Positions 10,381-18,784 of a stretch of 32,000 bases of DNA are shown here, piece by piece. Both the position numbers and the translations under genes were made by a program. The notes below the pieces were generated by a model. The model saw nothing but the letters and a program-made list of their open reading frames with translations, did no database searches and had not been told where the DNA came from. This DNA comes from Demequinaceae bacterium. GTDB taxonomy: Bacteria; Actinomycetota; Actinomycetes; Actinomycetales; Demequinaceae. The stretch's first letter is position 1, and every line of letters starts with the position of its first letter. Where the stretch lies: contig OZ252279.1 in the NCBI GenBank assembly GCA_965250005.1, positions 540,001-572,000 on the forward strand, in the 5' to 3' direction.

Positions 10381-11060
10381 ACAGGTGGGATAACACTGCA
10401 GTTTGAGTCGGAGTAGCCAAACACGGTGTTGCGACCGGTGACTACGGTGCTCACGACTACGGGCTTGGAGCGATCGTCCGCCAATGGATCGAGAATCCGC
10501 AGCGTCACGCGAATGCTCTGAGCGGATGTGCCGGAGTTCTGGTTCGCGTCAATCCAGAAAGGCGGCCACGTCTGCGGATCGGCGGCGTCAATTGTTCCAC
10601 TCACCGGCGCGGCCACCGAGTTCTGTGCGACAACGTACCAGTCGGCCACGTCGCCCCAACTCAGTTCGTAGTCTGGATCCCAGGTCCGGTACTCAAGGTT
10701 TCCAAATTCCGCCTCGTCCGGGATGTTGACGCGCCACTGGGCGCATTTGAGTTCGCCGCCCTCCTGGGTGTACAGGCGCATCGAGTAACCCGCCGATACG
10801 CCGCTTTCGGCGACACCGTCGGCCGCCGGATCCTTAATGAGGTTGCCTGATCGGACCTGCCGGTCTATCTGCGAAACGCCCAGCCGCGCCTGTTGCACGG
10901 CGCGCTCGCGCGCAAGGTTGTCGCTCGCCTGATAGGTGAGATTGATCAAGATTGTGAATACCATCGCGAGCAGCATCGAGAACAGTGTCATGACGACGAG
11001 CATCTCCATCAGGCTGAATCCAGAATCGCGCGCTGCGTGGCGCCTAGGCATCGGGAGCAC
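10377..11060 (-). CDS. PilW/GspJ-like minor prepilin
   Basis: Class III signal DSG|FSLMEMLVVMTLFSMLLAMVFTIL with Gly(-1) and Glu(+5); position in the cluster. Start could be GTG 11060 or ATG 11051. Confidence 0.82.
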   Translation of the reverse strand: MLPMPRRHAARDSGFSLMEMLVVMTLFSMLLAMVFTILINLTYQASDNLARERAVQQARLGVSQIDRQVRSGNLIKDPAADGVAESGVSAGYSMRLYTQEGGELKCAQWRVNIPDEAEFGNLEYRTWDPDYELSWGDVADWYVVAQNSVAAPVSGTIDAADPQTWPPFWIDANQNSGTSAQSIRVTLRILDPLADDRSKPVVVSTVVTGRNTVFGYSDSNCSVIPPV

Positions 11061-12906
11061 CCCGGTATCCGGCAGACGCCTGCGAGCCGGTCAGGGTCGC
11101 ACCCACGTTGATCTCGTATTCGTAGGTGCCGCCTGCACCATCATCGACGGTCACCTCGTATGTTGTCGAAACTGAAATCGCCCCGACGGAGGCCGATATT
11201 TTGCACAGGTCCGCCACGCACTCGGGATCGTCATCGGACAGGCCCGGCGGGATATCACCGGTAATTGTCACGGTCGTAGTCGCAATCACGTTGATATTGC
11301 CGCCGGGCGGCGTCCAAGTGAGGACCGGTATCTCGGGAGCCTCAATGACCCGATTCGTCGAAACGTTGATCGGGACTTCCACGTAGTCGGCAATGTCATC
11401 GTCCCAAAACCACAAGGTCGCTGACCGGGTGATCACGGGAGCAGTTGTCTTCTGGTCGTGGCCCCGCTCGACCTTGACCTCGTCTTGGTATGCGGTGATA
11501 TACACGATGCCGTTCCACGCGGCGTCATTGTTTCCGGAGTCTTTCCATACTCGGGCTTCCGGGAACGAGAAGTGAATGGACGCGCTTGATGCTGACGCCC
11601 CCGCAGCAACACATCCCTCGTTGGTCACCGTCGTGCAGGCGATCGTTCCGGGATTCGCGGAATCGGAAAAACGGGCGACCCAGGACTCTTTGGCGGTTCC
11701 GGTAGCGCTCCCTCTGTACCAGGGCGACATCCCGAATCTCTCCGCTGCGCTGTTGGTGTAGTCGAGCCGGACTCTCGACTTGGTTAGTCCGCCAATATTC
11801 GCCTGCGCGCACGGGGTTCCCGCTGCCACACCAACGGCGCAGGCCTCGCTGACTGACGAATGCGTGCTCCCAGCCCCAAACTGGTCGCTATCGAAATAGG
11901 CGAAGAATTCAGCATCCACCGCTGACGTGATCGTATTGGGCGACGCCCCTGAGTGCGCGCGGACGTCTGTGTTGTCTATACCCGGATTGCCGACCGAAAC
12001 GGTATCGTCCGAAGCCTCGGTCACGATGAGTTCAAACCCGCGTGGGTAAGTGCCGGAGTAATCCGAGCCGTCCGCCTTGTGCACGCGCTCGCCGCCGTAC
12101 GCCAAGGATGCGTCGACGTTCGTTACCTGCTGGCTGGTTAGGCTCGCGCGCGTTTGCGAAGTCGTAATCCCAAGCGTGAACATCTCTCGACCGGGCATGA
12201 TTGATACGGCCGCACCACCTGCCAAATCGGGAAGATTGGCGGTCGCGCTGAACGAGAGCGACGCACTCGACGACGACGCGCTAAATCTGGCTTGACATGA
12301 ACTCAGGAAAGGCTGCGACTCGAGGCTCGCCAGGTCACTGCAACCCGCAGACGGCGCGTACGCGGTTGTCCGGTAGACGTCAGTTCGCATCTCACCCGAG
12401 CTGTTGTCTTCCCACGTCACAACAATCGTCATGCCCAACGTTTCGGCCCCGCCAAGCCCCTCTGTCACATATGCGCGTGTGGTGTAAACGGCGCCCGTTG
12501 CCTCAGGTGAAATATTGACAGTCTTGTTCGAGCCCGTCGAGTCGAAGAGAGGGGGCCACGCGTCGAGTCGGTTCTGTGCACCTTCGGTGCCAGTAGCGTT
12601 CGCAACTACGATCTCTTCGGCCACTCCTTCAATCGTCAAGGTGGTCCCAGACACGTAGGGGTCACCGCCAGACGCTGATTTGAAGTCGGCGTCCAAGCCT
12701 CGCGAAAGCACCGCGTACGGCATCGCGCGCATCTGCTCGATCGCGCCGTTCGCGTAGGCGGTAGCTTGCTGCCGGTGTCCTGCCTCCACGACCGAAACCA
12801 GTGCGGATGTTTGCACGGCCATGAGCACAAGGAGGACGCCCGTGATAATCATCATGGCGACAACAAGTTCAGCCATCGTGAATCCTTCTTCACGAGAGTT
12901 CAACAT
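11044..12906 (-). CDS. Very large PilV-like minor prepilin (~620 aa)
   Basis: MLNSREEG|FTMAELVVAMMIITGVLLVLMAVQTSALVSVVEAGHRQQATAYANGAIEQMRAMPYAVL: canonical prepilin leader, Glu(+5) and PilV-like helix, followed by a large Ser/Thr/Gly-rich extracellular region. ATG at 12906 preferred over the ORF-track start at 13020. Confidence 0.83.
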   Translation of the reverse strand: MLNSREEGFTMAELVVAMMIITGVLLVLMAVQTSALVSVVEAGHRQQATAYANGAIEQMRAMPYAVLSRGLDADFKSASGGDPYVSGTTLTIEGVAEEIVVANATGTEGAQNRLDAWPPLFDSTGSNKTVNISPEATGAVYTTRAYVTEGLGGAETLGMTIVVTWEDNSSGEMRTDVYRTTAYAPSAGCSDLASLESQPFLSSCQARFSASSSSASLSFSATANLPDLAGGAAVSIMPGREMFTLGITTSQTRASLTSQQVTNVDASLAYGGERVHKADGSDYSGTYPRGFELIVTEASDDTVSVGNPGIDNTDVRAHSGASPNTITSAVDAEFFAYFDSDQFGAGSTHSSVSEACAVGVAAGTPCAQANIGGLTKSRVRLDYTNSAAERFGMSPWYRGSATGTAKESWVARFSDSANPGTIACTTVTNEGCVAAGASASSASIHFSFPEARVWKDSGNNDAAWNGIVYITAYQDEVKVERGHDQKTTAPVITRSATLWFWDDDIADYVEVPINVSTNRVIEAPEIPVLTWTPPGGNINVIATTTVTITGDIPPGLSDDDPECVADLCKISASVGAISVSTTYEVTVDDGAGGTYEYEINVGATLTGSQASAGYRGAPDA

Positions 12907-12985
12907 ACGTCGCCTTAGGTCACGCACTGCTCTTCTCCCTCCATGTGCCAAATCCCAGATCTCGCAGGATTCCTCAACACGCCTC

Positions 12986-13017
12986 CGGGTGGGGGCCTCA
13001 AGAGAGGTCCCCACCCG
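12986..13017 (-). terminator. Strong GC-rich hairpin between pilA and the downstream minor prepilin genes (attenuator, partial terminator or 3' stabiliser)
   Basis: Read on +: C GGGTGGGGGCCTC AAGA GAGGTCCCCACCC G. 14-position stem with a single non-Watson-Crick position and a 4-nt loop. No T-run follows on the transcribed strand, so it is not a classical intrinsic terminator. Confidence 0.6.
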
Positions 13018-13040
13018 CAAGCATTATGTCGAAATGCTGC

Positions 13041-13460
13041 CTAGCAACTAGCGCCAACAGTGAGGCCGCTGGCTGCGGAGTACTCGACTCCGCCCACGGA
13101 CTTGTCGCCCTCAAGGTTGTAGACCCAGACACACCAGTCGCTGCTGGTGGTTCCGGAAACGCCTCCAAGCGCAACGTTGTCCGACTGGTTGCCGATGTTG
13201 GTTCCGGAGATGGAGTAGTTGCTACCGTCACCCGCAATAGCCGGCATCGACGTTCCGTCGACCCAGTACGTGGCAATTTCCTTGCCGAGGGTGGAGACGT
13301 CAGCCTTGGCAGCTGCATCTTCAGCCTTCTTGCGCTGGCTCAGGAAGAGCGGAATTGCAACAGCGGCAAGGATGCCGATGATAATCATAACGACGAGCAA
13401 CTCGATCAGGGTGAAACCCTGGTCCTTCTGCTCCATATTCTTACGGATTCGCGCGATCAT
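13041..13460 (-). CDS. pilA: Major type IV pilin (PilA-like prepilin)
   Basis: MIARIRKNMEQKDQG|FTLIELLVVMIIIGILAAVAIPLFLSQRKKAEDAA: canonical class III signal. Two C-terminal Cys residues (DWCVW...GASC) that could form the D-loop disulfide. Strong AGAAGGAG ribosome-binding site. Confidence 0.93.
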   Translation of the reverse strand: MIARIRKNMEQKDQGFTLIELLVVMIIIGILAAVAIPLFLSQRKKAEDAAAKADVSTLGKEIATYWVDGTSMPAIAGDGSNYSISGTNIGNQSDNVALGGVSGTTSSDWCVWVYNLEGDKSVGGVEYSAASGLTVGASC

Positions 13461-13498
13461 GGCGCTCCTTCTTTTTTGTTTTCTTCTCTATGGTTTAT

Positions 13499-13518
13499 CC
13501 GCGAGGGAACCCCCGCGG
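13499..13518 (-). promoter_or_regulatory. GC-rich hairpin in the 5' region of pilA
   Basis: Inverted repeat CCGCGAGGG-AA-CCCCCGCGG (9-nt arms, one mismatch) in the 120-bp pilC-pilA gap, about 40 nt upstream of the pilA start. Confidence 0.4.
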
Positions 13519-13580
13519 TTTCTACAACCGGCAGTCCGCCCAACTCGAAGGCCGTACGTTTCTTCCGGTCGAAGCTCTAT

Positions 13581-14810
13581 TTAGTTGATCAACTCGAAGA
13601 TGCCGAAGATCGGCATATACAGGCCGATGATCATGGTGCCGATGATGCTGCCCAATACACCAATCATCAGTGGCTCGATCAGTGAGGTCAAGGCGTCTGT
13701 GGTGGATTCCACTTCCTGGTCGTAGAAGTCCGCGATCTTGTCAAGCATGGTGTCGAGCGCACCCGTGTCTTCACCCACCGAAATCATCTGAACCACCATG
13801 GCAGGGAAGACCGGGTGCTCCGCCAGCGGCCCGGCGAGGGTGTTTCCGGTGCGCACGGACTCCCGCACGTCGTTTGCCGCATGTTCGATTACGACGTTTC
13901 CGCTCGCCTCGCCCACGATGTCGAGCGCCTGCAGGATGGGAACGCCCGCGCGGATCATGGCCCCGAAGTTGCGAGTGAACCGCGAGATGGCGATTTTCTG
14001 AATGAGGCCGCCAAACACCGGAAGCTTGAGATACAACGGCTCGACCTTTTCGCGGAACGCCTTCTTGTTCTTGTTCTTGGTCCACAGCACGGACACGGCG
14101 AAACCTACGACGATCATGGGGATCGTGCCTACTTTTAAGAAACCAGAGATAGCAACGAGTGCCGCGGTAAGAGGTGGCAACTCGCCACCGAGAGTCGCGA
14201 ACATATTGGCGAACACGGGAACGATGAAAAGCAGCATGCCAATGACGGCAACGATCGCGATCACGAAAACCACGACAGGGTAGGCCATGGCCGACTTCAC
14301 CTTATTTCGCAGCTTCACTTCCGACTCAAAGTTTTCGGCAATGGACAACAGCACCGAGTCCAGGAATCCGCCAACTTCGCCGGCCCGAATCATGTTAATC
14401 ATGAGCGGAGGAAAGACTGCCGGGTGCCGGCCGATCGCTTGGGAGAGAGAGACGCCCGTCTCTACATCCGACCGCACGTCAAGAATGACCTTGCCAAGCG
14501 CGGCATTTTCCGTCTGCTCGGCAAGAATGTTCAGCGCGCGAATAATTGACAGGCCCGCCTGAATCATGGTCGCGAGTTGGCGCGAAAGGATCGAGATGTC
14601 CTTGAGGCCGATCTTGTCCGTGAGGCCGGGGATCTTGATTTCTCTCTTGAGTGCGCTCGCCCTAACGGCATCAATAGAGATGGGAGCGAGGCCCATGGAT
14701 CGCAGCTTGGACGACACCGCGGCCTCGTTGGGCGCCTCGATCTCGCCGTTCTGGATGCGCCCCTGAGTATCACGGTACGAATACTTGAAAGTCTGCGTCG
14801 CGGTCGCCAT
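13581..14810 (-). CDS. pilC: Type IV pilus platform protein PilC (GspF family)
   Basis: FKYSYRDTQGRIQNGEIEA..., LSRQLATMIQAGLSIIRALNIL, second GspF repeat FTRNFGAMIRAGVPILQALDIVGEA, multiple TM helices. Confidence 0.95.
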   Translation of the reverse strand: MATATQTFKYSYRDTQGRIQNGEIEAPNEAAVSSKLRSMGLAPISIDAVRASALKREIKIPGLTDKIGLKDISILSRQLATMIQAGLSIIRALNILAEQTENAALGKVILDVRSDVETGVSLSQAIGRHPAVFPPLMINMIRAGEVGGFLDSVLLSIAENFESEVKLRNKVKSAMAYPVVVFVIAIVAVIGMLLFIVPVFANMFATLGGELPPLTAALVAISGFLKVGTIPMIVVGFAVSVLWTKNKNKKAFREKVEPLYLKLPVFGGLIQKIAISRFTRNFGAMIRAGVPILQALDIVGEASGNVVIEHAANDVRESVRTGNTLAGPLAEHPVFPAMVVQMISVGEDTGALDTMLDKIADFYDQEVESTTDALTSLIEPLMIGVLGSIIGTMIIGLYMPIFGIFELIN

Positions 14811-14819
14811 GAGTTGTCC

Positions 14820-16124
14820 CTATACCCCTTGGGTTCCGACGGACTGGCCCTGCTTCTGGCCGCCCTCACGTCCGGCGAGTCGGTTAAACTCCTCGACGTG
14901 GTGGCACTTCTCTAGCCCGGTCTCGTACGAAATCTTGTTGATGCGCACCAACTCAGCCAAGTGCTGGTCCATGGTGTGCATACCGAGTGACGACCCTGCC
15001 TGCATCGCGGAGTAAATCTGGTGCGTCTTGCCCTCGCGAACCAGGTTACGAATAGCAGACGTCGCGATCAGCACTTCTGTGGCGACAGCGCGGCCGGGTC
15101 CGTCGCTGCGCTTGCACAATGTCTGACAGACAACCCCCTGAAGCGCGGTCGCTAACTGTGTCCTAATCTGACCCTGCTGGTGCGACGGGAATACATCGAT
15201 CACGCGGTCGATCGTCTGCGCCGCGTCCTGGGTGTGAAGGGTCGCGAATACCAGGTGGCCGGTCTCCGCAGCTGTCAGCGCCACAGAAACTGTTTCGAGG
15301 TCGCGCATCTCGCCCACCAAGATAATATCCGGGTCCTGACGCAACACGTGCTTCAGGGCGTTTCCAAAAGAGTGTGTGTCGGCGCCAACCTCGCGCTGGT
15401 TAACAAGCGACTTCTTGTGGCGGTGGAGGAACTCGATGGGATCCTCAACGGTCATGATGTGATCACTGCGGCTGCGGTTCGCAAGATCAATAATCGACGC
15501 CAGCGTCGTGGATTTGCCGGATCCCGTCGGTCCGGTAACAAGCACCAACCCGCGCGGAATCCCCGCGAAGTTTCCCACGACTGGAGGGATACCGAGGGAC
15601 TCGAGAGGCTGAATCTCGTAAGGGATGATGCGGAAAGCCGCACCCAGCGAATCGCGCTGCTGGTAGAGGTTCACGCGAAAACGCGCCTCCCCCACTAGCG
15701 CGTACGCGAAGTCAAGTTCGAGTTCCGCCTCAAACTGCTCTCGCTGCTTTTGGGAAAGGATGCTGTACATCACTCGCTGGACGGCGTCGGGTTTCAGGAG
15801 CGCAAACCCCTCGAGTTGCGTAAGCGCGCCGTCGACACGCGCCATAGGCGGTGCGCCTACCGTGATGTGAAGGTCGGATCCACCCATCGCAAGCATCTTG
15901 CGAAGCGCGCCAGAAAGGTCCAGGTCGTCCGGCTGAGAATCTCTGCTGAGTCCAACACGCCCGGCCCCAGCTGAAGCCGCCTGTGCCGCCTGCGGAGCGG
16001 GCGCCGATCCGGGTGCTGGAGGAACAGTTGCCGTCGAGGCGCCAGCTGCCGGACTTGCTTGCGCAGCGCGCGCCTGGGAGCGAGTCACTTGGCCCTGTGC
16101 CAACTCATGCGGGCTCTGCGTCAC
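14820..16124 (-). CDS. pilT: Type IV pilus retraction ATPase PilT
   Basis: Walker A GPTGSGKST; Asp and His boxes; PilT hallmark SAIRNLVREGKTHQIYSAMQAG. Ala/Pro-rich N-terminal extension of roughly 60 aa before GGSDLHITVGAPP. Confidence 0.94.
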   Translation of the reverse strand: MTQSPHELAQGQVTRSQARAAQASPAAGASTATVPPAPGSAPAPQAAQAASAGAGRVGLSRDSQPDDLDLSGALRKMLAMGGSDLHITVGAPPMARVDGALTQLEGFALLKPDAVQRVMYSILSQKQREQFEAELELDFAYALVGEARFRVNLYQQRDSLGAAFRIIPYEIQPLESLGIPPVVGNFAGIPRGLVLVTGPTGSGKSTTLASIIDLANRSRSDHIMTVEDPIEFLHRHKKSLVNQREVGADTHSFGNALKHVLRQDPDIILVGEMRDLETVSVALTAAETGHLVFATLHTQDAAQTIDRVIDVFPSHQQGQIRTQLATALQGVVCQTLCKRSDGPGRAVATEVLIATSAIRNLVREGKTHQIYSAMQAGSSLGMHTMDQHLAELVRINKISYETGLEKCHHVEEFNRLAGREGGQKQGQSVGTQGV

Positions 16125-16201
16125 AACTTTTCTCCCGGTCTTGCGTCGAGTTGATAGCGACTGCTGTCTTATCGACCATTTTGGACAATTCTTGAGCGGC
16201 G

Positions 16202-17860
16202 CTACTTAGCGACGCGGAACAACTCCTCGATTGACGTCAGGCCCTCCTGAACCTTGGTCCAACCGTCCTGGAGCAGCGTCTGCATTCCCTGCTCTTTTGC
16301 GACCTTCGCGATCTCGGCAGACGAAGCGCGCGCCACCGCGAGCCTCTCGATATCCTCGGTGACTGTCATAACTTCGTGCAGCGCAAGCCTGCCGCGGTAG
16401 CCCGTGTTGGAGCAGGCGCTGCAGCCCTCTGGGCGAAATAGGATAGGCACCTTGTTTCCGGTCCACCCGAATCGTTCCTTGAGCGCGTCGGCCTCGGGTT
16501 CGTACTCACTTTTGCACTTAGTACACAGCAAGCGGGCAAGTCGCTGGGCGACGACACAGTCAATTGCGGAGCCAACGAGGAACGGTTCGATGTCCATCTC
16601 GATTAGTCGCGTGATAGCGCTCGGCGCATCGTTGGTGTGAAGAGTCGACAGCACGAGGTGTCCGGTGAGTGCCGCTTCAATCGCAATCTGCGCGGTCTCG
16701 TGGTCGCGGATCTCACCGACGAGCACAACGTCGGGGTCCGACCGCAAGATCGAGCGTAGGGCGCTCGCAAAAGTGAGCCCGGCCTTCACGTTTACCTGCA
16801 CTTGATTGATATTGGGAATCCGGTACTCAACGGGATCCTCAACCGTGATCACGTTGATTTCGGGGCGCGCCACCTGATTGAGCGTTGCGTACAACGTGGT
16901 TGACTTTCCCGACCCCGTAGGTCCTGTCACCAGAATCATTCCGTACGGCTTTTGGAACGACTCCTGATAACGCTCGTAGTTTTCTGGCCGAATGCCCAGG
17001 TCTTCAAGGTCCATCGTTGCCGTGGTGTTGTCGAGGATGCGCATGACGATCTTCTCGCCCCACACGGTTGGCAGGGTGGCGACGCGGAGGTCAATCTTGC
17101 GTCCCTGGTGGTTGACGGAGAGTCGACCATCCTGGGGCCGGCGGCGTTCTGCGATATCCACGTCAGCCATGATTTTGAGGCGCGAGATCACTCCGTTCTG
17201 GATTGCCTTCGCGGCCCGCTGCATCTCGTGGAGCACGCCGTCAATGCGGTACCGGACGCGCATGTCCTTCTCGGCTGGCTCGATGTGAATATCCGAGGCT
17301 CGGTCCTGGATCGCCTGGGTAATGAGCAGGTTGACGAACCGGACGATTGGCGCATCGTCCTCGATGACGTCGCCCATGCCGTCTGCTTCGCCATCAGAAT
17401 TATCTTCGAGCGAGTCCTGGAGGTCGTCCAACTCGCTATCGGCACGACAGAACCGGTCGATTGCCGCGACCACGTCGTCGTGCGCGGCCACCACGGGGAT
17501 GACCTCACGGTTAGTGAGGGTGCGGAAATCATCTACGGCAACCACATTGCCTGGGTTGGACATGGCAATCCGAATGACGCCTTCGTCAATCCCGATCGGC
17601 AGCGCCGTGTGGCGCCGGCAAACCTGAGCGGGAACCAGGGCGACGGCGGCTTGGTCTACCGGATAGTCGGCGAGTTCGACGAACTCCATGCCTACCTGAC
17701 TCGCAAGAGCACGAACCAGCTGAGCTTCCGATATCAGCCCGAGCTCGACAAGCGTGCGCCCCAGAGACTGGCCTCGCTTCTGCTGCTCGTCGATGGCATC
17801 CATCAACTGCTCTTCAGACAGCGAACCGTCCTCAAGAAGGATGGAACCCAGTTGCTTCAC
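16202..17860 (-). CDS. pilB: Type IV pilus extension ATPase PilB (GspE family)
   Basis: N-terminal MshEN-like domain (LGSILLEDGSLSEEQLMDAIDEQQ), RASDIHIEP, Walker A GPTGSGKST, tetracysteine CTKC...CSAC. GTG start with GAGGGAG Shine-Dalgarno. Confidence 0.95.
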   Translation of the reverse strand: MKQLGSILLEDGSLSEEQLMDAIDEQQKRGQSLGRTLVELGLISEAQLVRALASQVGMEFVELADYPVDQAAVALVPAQVCRRHTALPIGIDEGVIRIAMSNPGNVVAVDDFRTLTNREVIPVVAAHDDVVAAIDRFCRADSELDDLQDSLEDNSDGEADGMGDVIEDDAPIVRFVNLLITQAIQDRASDIHIEPAEKDMRVRYRIDGVLHEMQRAAKAIQNGVISRLKIMADVDIAERRRPQDGRLSVNHQGRKIDLRVATLPTVWGEKIVMRILDNTTATMDLEDLGIRPENYERYQESFQKPYGMILVTGPTGSGKSTTLYATLNQVARPEINVITVEDPVEYRIPNINQVQVNVKAGLTFASALRSILRSDPDVVLVGEIRDHETAQIAIEAALTGHLVLSTLHTNDAPSAITRLIEMDIEPFLVGSAIDCVVAQRLARLLCTKCKSEYEPEADALKERFGWTGNKVPILFRPEGCSACSNTGYRGRLALHEVMTVTEDIERLAVARASSAEIAKVAKEQGMQTLLQDGWTKVQEGLTSIEELFRVAK

Positions 17861-17931
17861 GGTGACTCCCTCAATGTCTTGTGACTCTACGCCTGCCTAT
17901 CTTGCGAAGGTAACACCCAGATGGGGCAATG

Positions 17932-18777
17932 TCACCGAAAACGGAGTGAGAGATGTGACACAAGTGCAACGTCCATTTGTCCGATTGGCGCAGCTCTACC
18001 TGTCATAAGTCTGACCTGCTCGGCTGCCTGCATCAACAACATTCGCGTGCCGCCGACAGTTGTCCCACCCCGCTCTGACCACGCCTCTTGGAGCGGTGTC
18101 TCGGGAGGGTCGTAGACGGCGTCCATGAGGAACGCGCCCGGCTGAACATCCAATAGCGCCTTGCCCAACTCGCCACCGACCTCTGCAGGGACTGTGGAGA
18201 CCACCGCATCCGCGCGTGCGAGCGCGGACGGCGCTGACCCGAAATCGGTGAACCTGGGCTCGCTTCCCATCTTGGCTGCCGCGCGGATGAGGCCGCCTGT
18301 GCGCGCACGATTCCGCACCACAATCGTGGGTGCCTTGCAGCCCAGTTCCGCGACCGCGGCCATGGCCGCGGTCGCCGTCGCACCTCCACCGAGGATCACA
18401 CCTTCGTTTACGGACTCAGAGCCCGCCTCGCGCAGCGCCTGCTTCACGCCGTAAACGTCCGTGTTGGCTCCGACAAGGTTTCTGGTACCCCCGCCGCCGT
18501 CGAAGAGAACAGTGTTGACCGCCCCCAGCATCTTGGCCATGGGCTCCACAAAGTGCAGGTGCGCGAGCGCCTCAACCTTGAGCGGCATGGTGAGGCTCAA
18601 ACCAGCCCAACTGGCGTCGAGCCCCGCAATGAATCCTTCGAGTTGGTCGGCGGTCACGTCGTATGCATTGTACTCCCAATCAAGCCCGAGCGCCTGGTAT
18701 GCCGCCCGGTGCAGGACCGGCGACAGCGAGTGCTCGATAGGGTGCCCGAGCACGCCGGCCTTGCGGACGGCGGTCAT
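17932..18777 (-). CDS. aroE: Shikimate 5-dehydrogenase family protein
   Basis: KAGVLGHPIEHSLSPVLHRAAYQALGLDWEYNAYDV, GLSLTMPLKVEAL, GANTDVYG, GGGATATAAMAA. Note L-T-M-P-L-K where canonical AroE has N-V-T-x-P-x-K. Confidence 0.92.
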   Translation of the reverse strand: MTAVRKAGVLGHPIEHSLSPVLHRAAYQALGLDWEYNAYDVTADQLEGFIAGLDASWAGLSLTMPLKVEALAHLHFVEPMAKMLGAVNTVLFDGGGGTRNLVGANTDVYGVKQALREAGSESVNEGVILGGGATATAAMAAVAELGCKAPTIVVRNRARTGGLIRAAAKMGSEPRFTDFGSAPSALARADAVVSTVPAEVGGELGKALLDVQPGAFLMDAVYDPPETPLQEAWSERGGTTVGGTRMLLMQAAEQVRLMTGRAAPIGQMDVALVSHLSLRFR

Positions 18778-18784
18778 CGACCCG

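Noticed and set aside
12907-13020. 38-aa N-terminal extension of the PilV-like ORF in the supplied track
   Set aside because: It would run through the GC-rich hairpin. The prepilin leader begins just after the internal ATG at 12906 (MLNSREEG|FTMAEL).
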